Assembly (NCBI GenBank): GCA_002483445.1
Contig: DLHY01000065.1
Location: 23,336 to 87,335 of the forward strand
DNA: 64,000 nt
Direction of reading: 5' to 3'
From: Blastocatellia bacterium UBA7656
GTDB lineage: Bacteria; Acidobacteriota; Blastocatellia; UBA7656
Positions 36,978 to 44,460 of this stretch are shown here, piece by piece. The notes under the pieces were generated by a model. The model did not search any database. It was given only the letters and a program-made list of their open reading frames with translations, and was not told where the DNA came from. A program made the position numbers and the translations under genes. The stretch's first letter is position 1; each line of letters begins with the position of its first letter.

Positions 36978-37565
36978 ATGAAACGAACACTTTTGGCCAT
37001 CCTGCTCATCACGGTCACTGCTCTTGCCGCCGGACAGCGCCCGCACCTTGTCGATAAAGCCCATAGCCAGATCAACTTCGTCGCCGAGGCGAAATTCATT
37101 TCGGCCCACGGGTACTTCGACAAGTGGGAAGCTGAAGTTATGCTTGACCCTCAAAAGGTGGAAGACTCGACGCTCAAGATCACCATCGATGCCGCAAGCA
37201 TAAATACACGGGTTCAGATGCGTGATAATCACCTCAGAAGCAGTGATTTCTTCTCGGTCGAGCAGTACCCGCAAGTCACCTTCGTGTCGAAAAAGATTTC
37301 GAAAGTCGCCGACAGGAAATTCAAGGTGCTGGGCGATCTCACGCTTCGCGGCGTGACGAAAGAAATCGAGATTCCTGTCGATCAGGTCTTCTATGAAAAC
37401 AATCGCGGTCGCTTCCGCAGCGAGTTTCAAATCAATCGCAGGGATTTCGGCATCACTTTCCAGTCCAACTTCAACCCCATCGAAGATATGGTCAAAGTGC
37501 AGTTCGACATAAACGTGCAGGACAAGGAAGCTGTCGAGAAATCCCAGAGGCCGAAATCAAACTGA
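36978..37565 (+). CDS. YceI-family periplasmic polyisoprenoid-binding protein
   Basis: Signal peptide MKRTLLAILLITVTALAA. Also SQINFVAEAKFISAHGYFDKWE, RDNHLRSSDFFSVEQYPQVTF and LTLRGVTKEI. Confidence 0.8.
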   Translation: MKRTLLAILLITVTALAAGQRPHLVDKAHSQINFVAEAKFISAHGYFDKWEAEVMLDPQKVEDSTLKITIDAASINTRVQMRDNHLRSSDFFSVEQYPQVTFVSKKISKVADRKFKVLGDLTLRGVTKEIEIPVDQVFYENNRGRFRSEFQINRRDFGITFQSNFNPIEDMVKVQFDINVQDKEAVEKSQRPKSN

Positions 37566-37582
37566 CGGGAGAGATAAAACGA

Positions 37583-38608
37583 ATGAAATATATCAGCACG
37601 CTCCCTGTCATCGCGTTTGCCGCGATGCTCGCTGCCTGTGTGAGCGCGCCGACTGATCAGTCGAAAAAAACCGACGCTGTTCGCATAGGATTTTCCATGG
37701 ACACGCTCAAGGAAGAACGATGGCAGCGCGACCGCGATCTTTTCGTCAGTCGTGCGAAGGAACTCGGCGCGGAAGTTCTCGTTCAATCCGCTAACGGCGA
37801 CGACGCGGTTCAGTTGCAGCAGGCTGAAAATCTGCTCTCGCAAGGCGTGGATGTTCTGGTAGTCGTGCCGCACAATGCCGAAGTCGCCGCTTCGATAGTC
37901 GAAGCGGCTCGTCGCCAGCGTGTGCCTGTCCTCAGCTATGATCGCTTGATCCGCAACAGCGATGTCGATCTTTACATCTCGTTTGATAACATCAAGGTCG
38001 GAGAGCTTCAGGCGCGCTATCTTTTCGAGCGCGCTCCGCGCGGCAACTACGTGCTGATTGGCGGCGCTCCGACCGACAACAACGCGCAGATGTTGCGCGA
38101 AGGTCAGTTGAAAATACTTCAGCCCGCTGTTGATCGAGGCGATATAAAAATCGTCGCTAACCAGTGGGCCAAAGACTGGCAGGCGAGCGAGGCATTGAAG
38201 ATAGCTGAGAACGCGCTCACGCAGGCGCGAAACGATGTCGTGGCGATGGTCGTTTCGAACGACGGCACGGCGGGCGGAGCGATTCAGGCTCTCGAAGAAC
38301 AGAAGCTTGCCGGGAGTGTGCTGGTCTCAGGACAGGACGCTGATCTCGCCGCGCTGCAACGCATCGTCGAGAACAAACAATCGATGACCGTTTATAAACC
38401 CATTGACAAACTCGCGCGCCGCGCCGCCGAAGCCGCAGTCTCGCTCGCTCGGCGAGAACCCCCCGGCGCAACCTCGACGGTCGCCAATGGTCGAAAGGAT
38501 GTGCCATCGATACTGCTCGAACCCATTGCGGTCGATAAGAACAACATCGCCGAGACGATAATCAAAGACGGATTTCACAAACGAGAAGACATTTACCGGC
38601 AGCGGTAG
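37583..38608 (+). CDS. xylF: D-xylose ABC transporter substrate-binding protein
   Basis: Near-colinear with the remembered E. coli XylF blocks: ERWQRDRDLF, VQSANG, GVDVLVV, YISFDN.KVGELQA, DNNA, SNDGTAGGAIQAL, SGQDADLA, MTVYKPI, IKDGFHK. Confidence 0.88.
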   Translation: MKYISTLPVIAFAAMLAACVSAPTDQSKKTDAVRIGFSMDTLKEERWQRDRDLFVSRAKELGAEVLVQSANGDDAVQLQQAENLLSQGVDVLVVVPHNAEVAASIVEAARRQRVPVLSYDRLIRNSDVDLYISFDNIKVGELQARYLFERAPRGNYVLIGGAPTDNNAQMLREGQLKILQPAVDRGDIKIVANQWAKDWQASEALKIAENALTQARNDVVAMVVSNDGTAGGAIQALEEQKLAGSVLVSGQDADLAALQRIVENKQSMTVYKPIDKLARRAAEAAVSLARREPPGATSTVANGRKDVPSILLEPIAVDKNNIAETIIKDGFHKREDIYRQR

Positions 38609-38610
38609 AA

Positions 38611-38657
38611 GTCAGGGGTCAGGGGTCAGGGGTCAGGGGTCAGGGGTCAGGGGTCAG
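38611..38657. repeat. (GTCAGGG) x6 perfect tandem heptamer array in the xylF-xylG spacer
   Basis: Six exact units at 38611-38652 plus a partial GTCAG. The array starts 2 nt after the xylF TAG (38606-38608). Confidence 0.95.
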
Positions 38658-38689
38658 AAGATACGGGGCTTGCGTTGCGATTCGTTTTT

Positions 38690-40210
38690 ATGTCCGACAG
38701 AAACGATTCTTTCATCCTTGAGATGCGGGGCATCTCGAAAAGCTTTCCGGGCGTGCGCGCGCTCGACCGGGTTTCATTCGATCTTCGCGCGGGAGAGATT
38801 CACGCTTTGGTCGGCGAAAACGGCGCGGGCAAAACGACGCTGATGAAAATCCTCGGCGGAGTCTACCCGCAGTACGAAGGCGAAATTTATCTCGACGGAC
38901 AGAGTGAACGATTCAAAAACGTGCGCGACTCCGCCCGATCAGGCATCGCCATCATCTATCAGGAGCTTTCGCTCGTTTTGGACATGAGCGTGGCCGAAAA
39001 TATCTTTCTTGGCCGTCTGCCTCATCGCTCAGGTTTCGTTCGATGGAACAAACTATACAAGGATACAGACGAATTGCTCGCGAGACTGAATCTGCGCCTC
39101 GACCCGCGCACCGTCGTGCGCAATCTAGGAATCGGCCAGCAGCAGATGATCGAAATAGCAAAGGCGCTGTCCCAGCGATCTGGAATACTTGTGCTGGACG
39201 AACCGACAGCCGCGCTCACAGACTCGGAGACGGAAACGCTCTTCGCCATTCTCAACAAACTGAGAGATGAGGGCGTCGCGATGATTTACATCTCGCACAA
39301 GCTCAAAGAAGTTTTTCGTATCAGCGACCGCATCACCACTCTTCGCGACGGGCGAGTGGTCGAGGCATGTGACACAACAGACACGAGTGAATCGCGAGTG
39401 ATAGCAGGGATGGTCGGGCGAGAGGTCAGCCGTGTTTTTCCTGAGCGCGCAAGCGCGCCGGGTGAAGTGATTTTCGAAGCGCGCGACATAACAGTTCGCG
39501 ACCGGGTTCTTTCTGACAGAGTGCTGGTCGAGCGCGTAAGCCTCTCGGTGAGGCGCGGCGAGGCGCTTGGAATCGCGGGGCTGATGGGCGCGGGCCGTAG
39601 TGATTTACTGATGGCTCTCTTCGGCGCGCACGCGGGTCGGGTTACGGGAGAAATTTTCATCGAAGGTCGGAGGGCGCGCATAGCGTCTCCCGCCGATGCG
39701 ATCAGACATGGGATAGGATTCGTCACCGAAGACAGGAAACGATACGGGCTTGTGATGGATCAGACGATTCTCAAAAACATAACACTTGCCGCGCTGAGGC
39801 GGCTTTCGGGCCGGTTCATAACTCGCCGGGAGCGCGAGGCCGCGGCGGGCAATCAGGTTATTAGCGATCTCAGGATCAAAACGCCTTCGCTTCAATCAAT
39901 CGCCGGGAGTCTTTCGGGAGGCAATCAACAGAAAACCGTGCTTGCGAAATGGCTGCTGACTGCGCCGCGCGTGCTGCTGCTCGACGAGCCGACGCGAGGA
40001 ATAGATGTCGGCGCGAAGCAGGAAATCTACGCGCTGATAAATCGATTGGCCGCAGAAGGGCTGGCCATCATTCTGGTTTCGTCGGAGTTGCCCGAAGTCG
40101 TGGGACTTTGCGACCGCGTGATTGTATTGCGCGAGGGCCGCATCGCGGGCGAATTTGCGCGCCTTGAGGCCACGTCTGAAAAAGTAATGCAATGCGCGAT
40201 GGGAGGGTGA
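38690..40210 (+). CDS. xylG: sugar (xylose) ABC transporter ATP-binding protein, duplicated ATPase
   Basis: Two ABC cassettes: GENGAGKTTLMK / LSLGQQQMIEIAKAL / LVLDEPT, and a degenerate second Walker A (GLMGAGRS) / LSGGNQQK / LLLDEPTRGID. Confidence 0.88.
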   Translation: MSDRNDSFILEMRGISKSFPGVRALDRVSFDLRAGEIHALVGENGAGKTTLMKILGGVYPQYEGEIYLDGQSERFKNVRDSARSGIAIIYQELSLVLDMSVAENIFLGRLPHRSGFVRWNKLYKDTDELLARLNLRLDPRTVVRNLGIGQQQMIEIAKALSQRSGILVLDEPTAALTDSETETLFAILNKLRDEGVAMIYISHKLKEVFRISDRITTLRDGRVVEACDTTDTSESRVIAGMVGREVSRVFPERASAPGEVIFEARDITVRDRVLSDRVLVERVSLSVRRGEALGIAGLMGAGRSDLLMALFGAHAGRVTGEIFIEGRRARIASPADAIRHGIGFVTEDRKRYGLVMDQTILKNITLAALRRLSGRFITRREREAAAGNQVISDLRIKTPSLQSIAGSLSGGNQQKTVLAKWLLTAPRVLLLDEPTRGIDVGAKQEIYALINRLAAEGLAIILVSSELPEVVGLCDRVIVLREGRIAGEFARLEATSEKVMQCAMGG

Positions 40211-40250
40211 TGGGTGTTAGGGGATGGGTGTTAGGGGATGGGTGATGGGT
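40209..40250. repeat. (GATGGGTGTTAGGG) x2 plus (GATGGGT) x2 array bridging xylG and xylH
   Basis: The array starts inside the xylG TGA (40208-40210) and contains the candidate xylH start codons (ATG at 40224, 40238, 40245). Confidence 0.92.
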
Positions 40251-41405
40251 CAGGATTTGACTGAAACGAAAAAGCGATCAGGTGAATTCAATTCTGCGCT
40301 TAGGACTTACTCGATGGTGATCGCGCTCGTCATTGTGTGGGCGATATTCGCTTACACGACTGACGGCGTATTTCTTGAAGCGAGAAATTTTTCAAACCTG
40401 ATGCGGCAATCGACCATCACCGCCATTCTTTCGGTCGGCATGTTGATGGTGATCGTGACAGGCCACATCGATCTTTCGGTCGGCTCGCTGGTGGGGATTG
40501 CGGGAGGAGTGGCCGCAGTCGCGCAGGCGTGGTTAGGCTGGGGGCTTGAATTGTCCATACTCGCATCGCTGGCGACTGCGCTTCTCATCGGCGCGCTTCA
40601 GGGCTTTCTCGTTGCTTATCTCAACATCCCGGCATTCATAGTCACGCTCGGCGGGTTGCTCGCCTGGCGCGGAGCGATCAAAGGCATCTCTCAAGGCAAC
40701 ACGATTCCCGTTCAGATACCGGCTTTCAAATCAATCGGGCAGGGTTACATCGCGGCTGCTGTGGGCATAGCTCTGGCAATCGCGGCAGTAATCGCAATCG
40801 TCGGCGTCGCGCTCTGGCGCGAGCGTTCGCGCCGCCGACACGGATTCGGCTCCGGGAGCCAGTTTCGGCTTGCCGCTCGGATTCTCATTCCTTCGATTCT
40901 CGTCGTCGCTTTGGTTTGGGCATTCAATCGTTATGCAGGGGTTCCGGTTCCTGTATTGATTCTGGTCGTGGTCGCTCTCGCGGGCGCGATGCTCGTCGAG
41001 GGGACTACCTTCGGTCGATATCTTTATGCGATAGGCGGCAACACAGATGCGGCGCGGCTTTCCGGGGTCAACGTCCGCCGCCATACGCTTGCGGCCTTCT
41101 CGATCATGGGCGCGCTGGCAGGGCTTGCCAGCATCATCTACACGGCTCGTGTTGGGAGCGCCGCGCCTGACGCAGGGCGGTTGCTTGAACTTGACGCTAT
41201 AGCTGCGTGCGTAATCGGGGGGACGAGTCTGATGGGCGGGCGGGGATCGGTTCAGGGCGCGTGTCTCGGCGCGTTGTTTATGGCCAGCCTCGATAACGGG
41301 ATGTCACTGGAAAATTATCAGGACTTCGCTCAGGACATTGTGAAAGGAATTATTCTCGTGGCCGCCGTCGGGATTGATATGATTGGCAGACGCAAAAATG
41401 GGTGA
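40245..41405 (+). CDS. xylH: xylose ABC transporter permease
   Basis: TTDGVFLEARNFSNLMRQSTITAILSVGMLMVIVTGHIDLSVGS parallels the XylH N-terminal block. About 10 TM segments. Start choice among the in-repeat ATGs is uncertain. Confidence 0.85.
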   Translation: MGQDLTETKKRSGEFNSALRTYSMVIALVIVWAIFAYTTDGVFLEARNFSNLMRQSTITAILSVGMLMVIVTGHIDLSVGSLVGIAGGVAAVAQAWLGWGLELSILASLATALLIGALQGFLVAYLNIPAFIVTLGGLLAWRGAIKGISQGNTIPVQIPAFKSIGQGYIAAAVGIALAIAAVIAIVGVALWRERSRRRHGFGSGSQFRLAARILIPSILVVALVWAFNRYAGVPVPVLILVVVALAGAMLVEGTTFGRYLYAIGGNTDAARLSGVNVRRHTLAAFSIMGALAGLASIIYTARVGSAAPDAGRLLELDAIAACVIGGTSLMGGRGSVQGACLGALFMASLDNGMSLENYQDFAQDIVKGIILVAAVGIDMIGRRKNG

Positions 41406-41429
41406 TGGGTGATGGGTGATGGGTGATGG
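41402..41429. repeat. (GTGATGG) x4 perfect tandem array, left arm of inverted repeat
   Basis: The xylH TGA stop (41403-41405) is inside the first unit. The array is 27/28 complementary to 41816-41843. Confidence 0.95.
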
Positions 41430-41436
41430 GTGTCAG

Positions 41437-41808
41437 CTATCTTTGCCTTGTAAGAGAATTTCGCAGTGCGTAAAGCTGTTTGGACAAAGAGATCATCTGT
41501 TGTGTGTGACGATCAGAGGTTTCCGGCGAGATGTAATTCAACCGTCTGGCTATTTCGATTTGCGTTTGCAATTCCGACAGAGACCCGATGGCAATTGATA
41601 TAAAGTGAAGATACTCGTTGATGTGTTCTCGCGTATGTCCTTCCGCAATATTTGATGGAATGGATACGGCTGCCCGACGCATCTGACTTGTGAGTCCATA
41701 AATTTCGTGGGATGGAAATGACTCAGTGAAACGATACACCTGTACAACCATATCCATTCCCGACTGCCAGACTCGCAAATCGCGAAAATCATTGATGGCC
41801 ATCTTCAT
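41437..41808 (-). CDS. four-helix-bundle protein (23S rRNA IVS / Avd-like family), second copy
   Basis: FRDLRVWQSGMDM...GLTSQMRRAAVSIPSNIAEGHTREHINEYLHFISIAIGSLSELQTQIEIA. GGGAGGG RBS (reverse complement of 41811-41817). The start is ATG 41808, or 41802 with better SD spacing. Confidence 0.88.
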   Translation of the reverse strand: MKMAINDFRDLRVWQSGMDMVVQVYRFTESFPSHEIYGLTSQMRRAAVSIPSNIAEGHTREHINEYLHFISIAIGSLSELQTQIEIARRLNYISPETSDRHTQQMISLSKQLYALRNSLTRQR

Positions 41809-41815
41809 TGCCCTC

Positions 41816-41843
41816 CCATCACCTATCACCCATCACCCATCAC
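41816..41843. repeat. CCATCAC CTATCAC CCATCAC CCATCAC array, right arm of inverted repeat
   Basis: It is the reverse complement of the (GTGATGG) x4 array with one substitution. It contains the TGA stop (reverse complement of 41840-41842) of the upstream minus-strand gene. Confidence 0.95.
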
Positions 41844-42979
41844 GTCGTATCTCTCGACCACTTTTTGCGCTCCATCAGGATTCGCAATCGGCCCTGCAAC
41901 TCCTCGATCAATGCGCGAGCTTCTTCGGGAGTCATAACCATCCGCTCTTCCCTGCTGAGTCCGCCGCTCGTCGCGCTCATGTTCGAAGCTACGGCGCGGC
42001 GGATTTTCACTTCGATGGTCGGCTGATAGTCCCAGTCGTCGAGCATCGAGTAGACGCTCTCGCCCGCGCGGATTTCCATTTCGCTCTCGCCCACTCTCAG
42101 GCTTTCGGCGTCGCGCCCTTCCCGTTTCAGTTTTTCGAGCGTCTCTTCGATGCCGCCTTTCAATGCTTCGAAGAAAAGCAGATGTCCTGTCGAGAGGCTC
42201 ACTCGCGCCGCGAATTCCAGCCCGCAGTTCTGGCATCGCCCGTCCCACGCATAATGCCACGGATAGCGACCGTTCTCGCTGTGATAATAAGCCCGCTTAT
42301 TGCGCGCCTGGGTGACAGGCTTTCCGCACTCAGGGCAGGGCGGAGCCAGACGCGCCGCGCCGCAGTAGGGGCAGGCGACGAAGCTTTCCTGAATGGGTTC
42401 TTCGCACTCGAAGCAGCGGACTTCCCGCGCTTCTTCCTTAACCGCGCTCTCGGCTCTGAACTGAGGCGAAAGCCAGTCGGCCATCTCTCCGAATACTTCT
42501 TCGGACTCTGACTTGGGCCACACGCCGCGAATGTTTATATCGGTTTGAAGCACGGGCAGGGCGCGCGAGAATTCATCCGCCGTCAGAGTCCACAGCATAT
42601 CGCGGTCGAGGACTTCGACGATGGTTTGATAGGGCGCGCTCTGTTCGCCCGGCCAGCCCTGCGCAAGCTCCAGCAACGCGAAGCACGCGGATGAAGTTTT
42701 GGTGATCCAGCGAACGATGTAATCGACCTGAGTTCCCTTGTCGGGATGAACAAGCTTCAGGAGAGGCTCGCTTTGCTCCATCCATCTCCTCGCTATCGGG
42801 ACTCGCGTGAATGGAGAAACCATTTCGAGCGCGGGCGGAGAGGCAAGCGCCAATCCTCGCCATTCGATATAGACGCGCTGTGAGGCCGGGTCTTCGAGTT
42901 GAACAGGCACGGCCAGCATGTGAGAAAGCCCGCTGCCTATCACCTCGCCCGATGATTGATCGCCCTCTCCGGTTTCCAT
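41840..42979 (-). CDS. hypothetical protein with central triple zinc-ribbon region
   Basis: GAAGGAG RBS. CFECEEPIQESFVACPYCGAARLAPPCPECGKPV...CQNCGLEF gives CxxC pairs typical of zinc ribbons. The flanking domains are unrecognised. Confidence 0.6.
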   Translation of the reverse strand: METGEGDQSSGEVIGSGLSHMLAVPVQLEDPASQRVYIEWRGLALASPPALEMVSPFTRVPIARRWMEQSEPLLKLVHPDKGTQVDYIVRWITKTSSACFALLELAQGWPGEQSAPYQTIVEVLDRDMLWTLTADEFSRALPVLQTDINIRGVWPKSESEEVFGEMADWLSPQFRAESAVKEEAREVRCFECEEPIQESFVACPYCGAARLAPPCPECGKPVTQARNKRAYYHSENGRYPWHYAWDGRCQNCGLEFAARVSLSTGHLLFFEALKGGIEETLEKLKREGRDAESLRVGESEMEIRAGESVYSMLDDWDYQPTIEVKIRRAVASNMSATSGGLSREERMVMTPEEARALIEELQGRLRILMERKKWSRDTT

Positions 42980-42999
42980 AAAAAATTCTCCTTCAAAAA

Positions 43000-43034
43000 C
43001 AGAAATCAGAAGTCAGAAGTCAGAAGTCAGAATA
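43000..43034. repeat. CAGAAGT-type heptamer array (5 units, 3 exact)
   Basis: CAGAAAT CAGAAGT CAGAAGT CAGAAGT CAGAATA lies between the dihydropyrimidinase stop (43053) and the start of the next minus-strand gene (42979). On the coding (minus) strand TGA recurs every 7 nt. Confidence 0.93.
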
Positions 43035-43052
43035 AAACAACTGAAAACTGCC

Positions 43053-44435
43053 TTACTGACCGCTGAACGTCGAGCGGCGAATGAACTGGCCGTCTCCCGC
43101 GCGGCCTGTGTACTTGCCGTCTTCTATTATTACCCGCCCGCGAGAGAGAACCGTCTTCGTCACGCCGCGAACTTTCATGCCTTCATACGCGCTGTAGTCG
43201 ACGTTCATGTGATGAGTTGCGGCAGAGATGACCATCTCTTCCGCGGGGTCGAATATCACGATGTCGGCGTCCGATCCTACGGCGATGGTTCCTTTTCGCG
43301 GGAAGAGTCCGAACAGTTTTGCCGCAGAAGTCGAGGTGAGTTCGACGAATCGATTCACGCTGATACGGTTTCCGACAACGCCGCCGTTGTAGACGAGGCT
43401 CATTCGATGCTCGACTCCGGGGCCGCCGTTCGGAATCTTCGTGAAATCATCCCGGCCCAGTTCCTTCTGCTCCTTGAAGCAGAACGGACAATGATCCGTA
43501 GAAATCACTTGCAGGTCATTTCCGCGAAGACCCTGCCACAACTTGTCCTGATTCCACTTTTCCCGCAGCGGCGGAGTCATCACCCACTTCGCCCCCTCGA
43601 ATCCTTCTCGCTCATAGAGGCTGTAATCCAAAAAAAGATACTGCGGGCAGGTTTCGGCATAAGCGGGGATGCCGACATCGCGCGCATGGCGGACTTCTTC
43701 GAGCGCGTCCGCGCAACTCAGATGCACGATATAAACGGGAGAGTCGGCCATCTCCGCAATAGCGATTGCGCGATGCACTCCTTCGGCTTCTGCTTTCGTC
43801 GGACGGGTGAGCGCGTGATAACGCGGCGCGGTTTTTCCTTCCGCCAGAGCGTTCTTGATTATCTCGTTTATGATTATTCCGTTTTCGGCGTGCATACATA
43901 TCAAGCCGCCCGCTTGGCTCGCCGACTTCATCGCGCGGTAGATTGTTGCGTCATCGACTAAAAACACGCCGGGATAAGCCATGAAAAGTTTGAAGCTCGT
44001 CACGCCCTCGCGGATGAGTTGCTTCATTTCAGGGATTTTTTCGTCAGGCAGTTGGGTCGTTATGAGGTGAAAGCTGTAATCTATCGCGGTCTTGCCTTCG
44101 GCCTTGCGGTGCCAGTTATCGACGGCCTCGACGAGCGATTCGCCGTGATACTGAACAGCGAAATCGATTATCGTGGTCGTCCCTCCGTGCGCGGCGGCAA
44201 TGGTGCCGGTGCGAAAATCGTCCGAGGCGAAAGTTCCGCCGAAAGGCAACTCCATGTGCGTGTGCGGATCGATGCCTCCGGGGATGACCAGACGGTTCGC
44301 GGCGTCGATTATTTTATCGGCTTCCATATCGAGTCGCGCGCCGATGAGTGAAACCCTGCCGTCTTCGATAAGAATATCGGCTGTGTAGTTATCGACCGCA
44401 GTGACGATGTTTCCGTTTTTGATCAGAATTTTCAT
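43053..44435 (-). CDS. dihydropyrimidinase / D-hydantoinase (cyclic amidohydrolase)
   Basis: GGIDPHTHMELPFGG metal-binding HxH motif, FKLFMAY (carboxylated Lys region), ICMHAENG, YIVHLS and ISTDHCPF are all hallmark blocks of the family. Confidence 0.92.
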   Translation of the reverse strand: MKILIKNGNIVTAVDNYTADILIEDGRVSLIGARLDMEADKIIDAANRLVIPGGIDPHTHMELPFGGTFASDDFRTGTIAAAHGGTTTIIDFAVQYHGESLVEAVDNWHRKAEGKTAIDYSFHLITTQLPDEKIPEMKQLIREGVTSFKLFMAYPGVFLVDDATIYRAMKSASQAGGLICMHAENGIIINEIIKNALAEGKTAPRYHALTRPTKAEAEGVHRAIAIAEMADSPVYIVHLSCADALEEVRHARDVGIPAYAETCPQYLFLDYSLYEREGFEGAKWVMTPPLREKWNQDKLWQGLRGNDLQVISTDHCPFCFKEQKELGRDDFTKIPNGGPGVEHRMSLVYNGGVVGNRISVNRFVELTSTSAAKLFGLFPRKGTIAVGSDADIVIFDPAEEMVISAATHHMNVDYSAYEGMKVRGVTKTVLSRGRVIIEDGKYTGRAGDGQFIRRSTFSGQ

Positions 44436-44460
44436 GGCAGACCTCTTTCTTCGAGCTTGC

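Noticed and set aside
38611-38657. Tandem heptamer arrays considered as CRISPR arrays
   Set aside because: The units are 7 nt with no spacers, and no cas genes are in the window. They are simple tandem repeats, not CRISPR.
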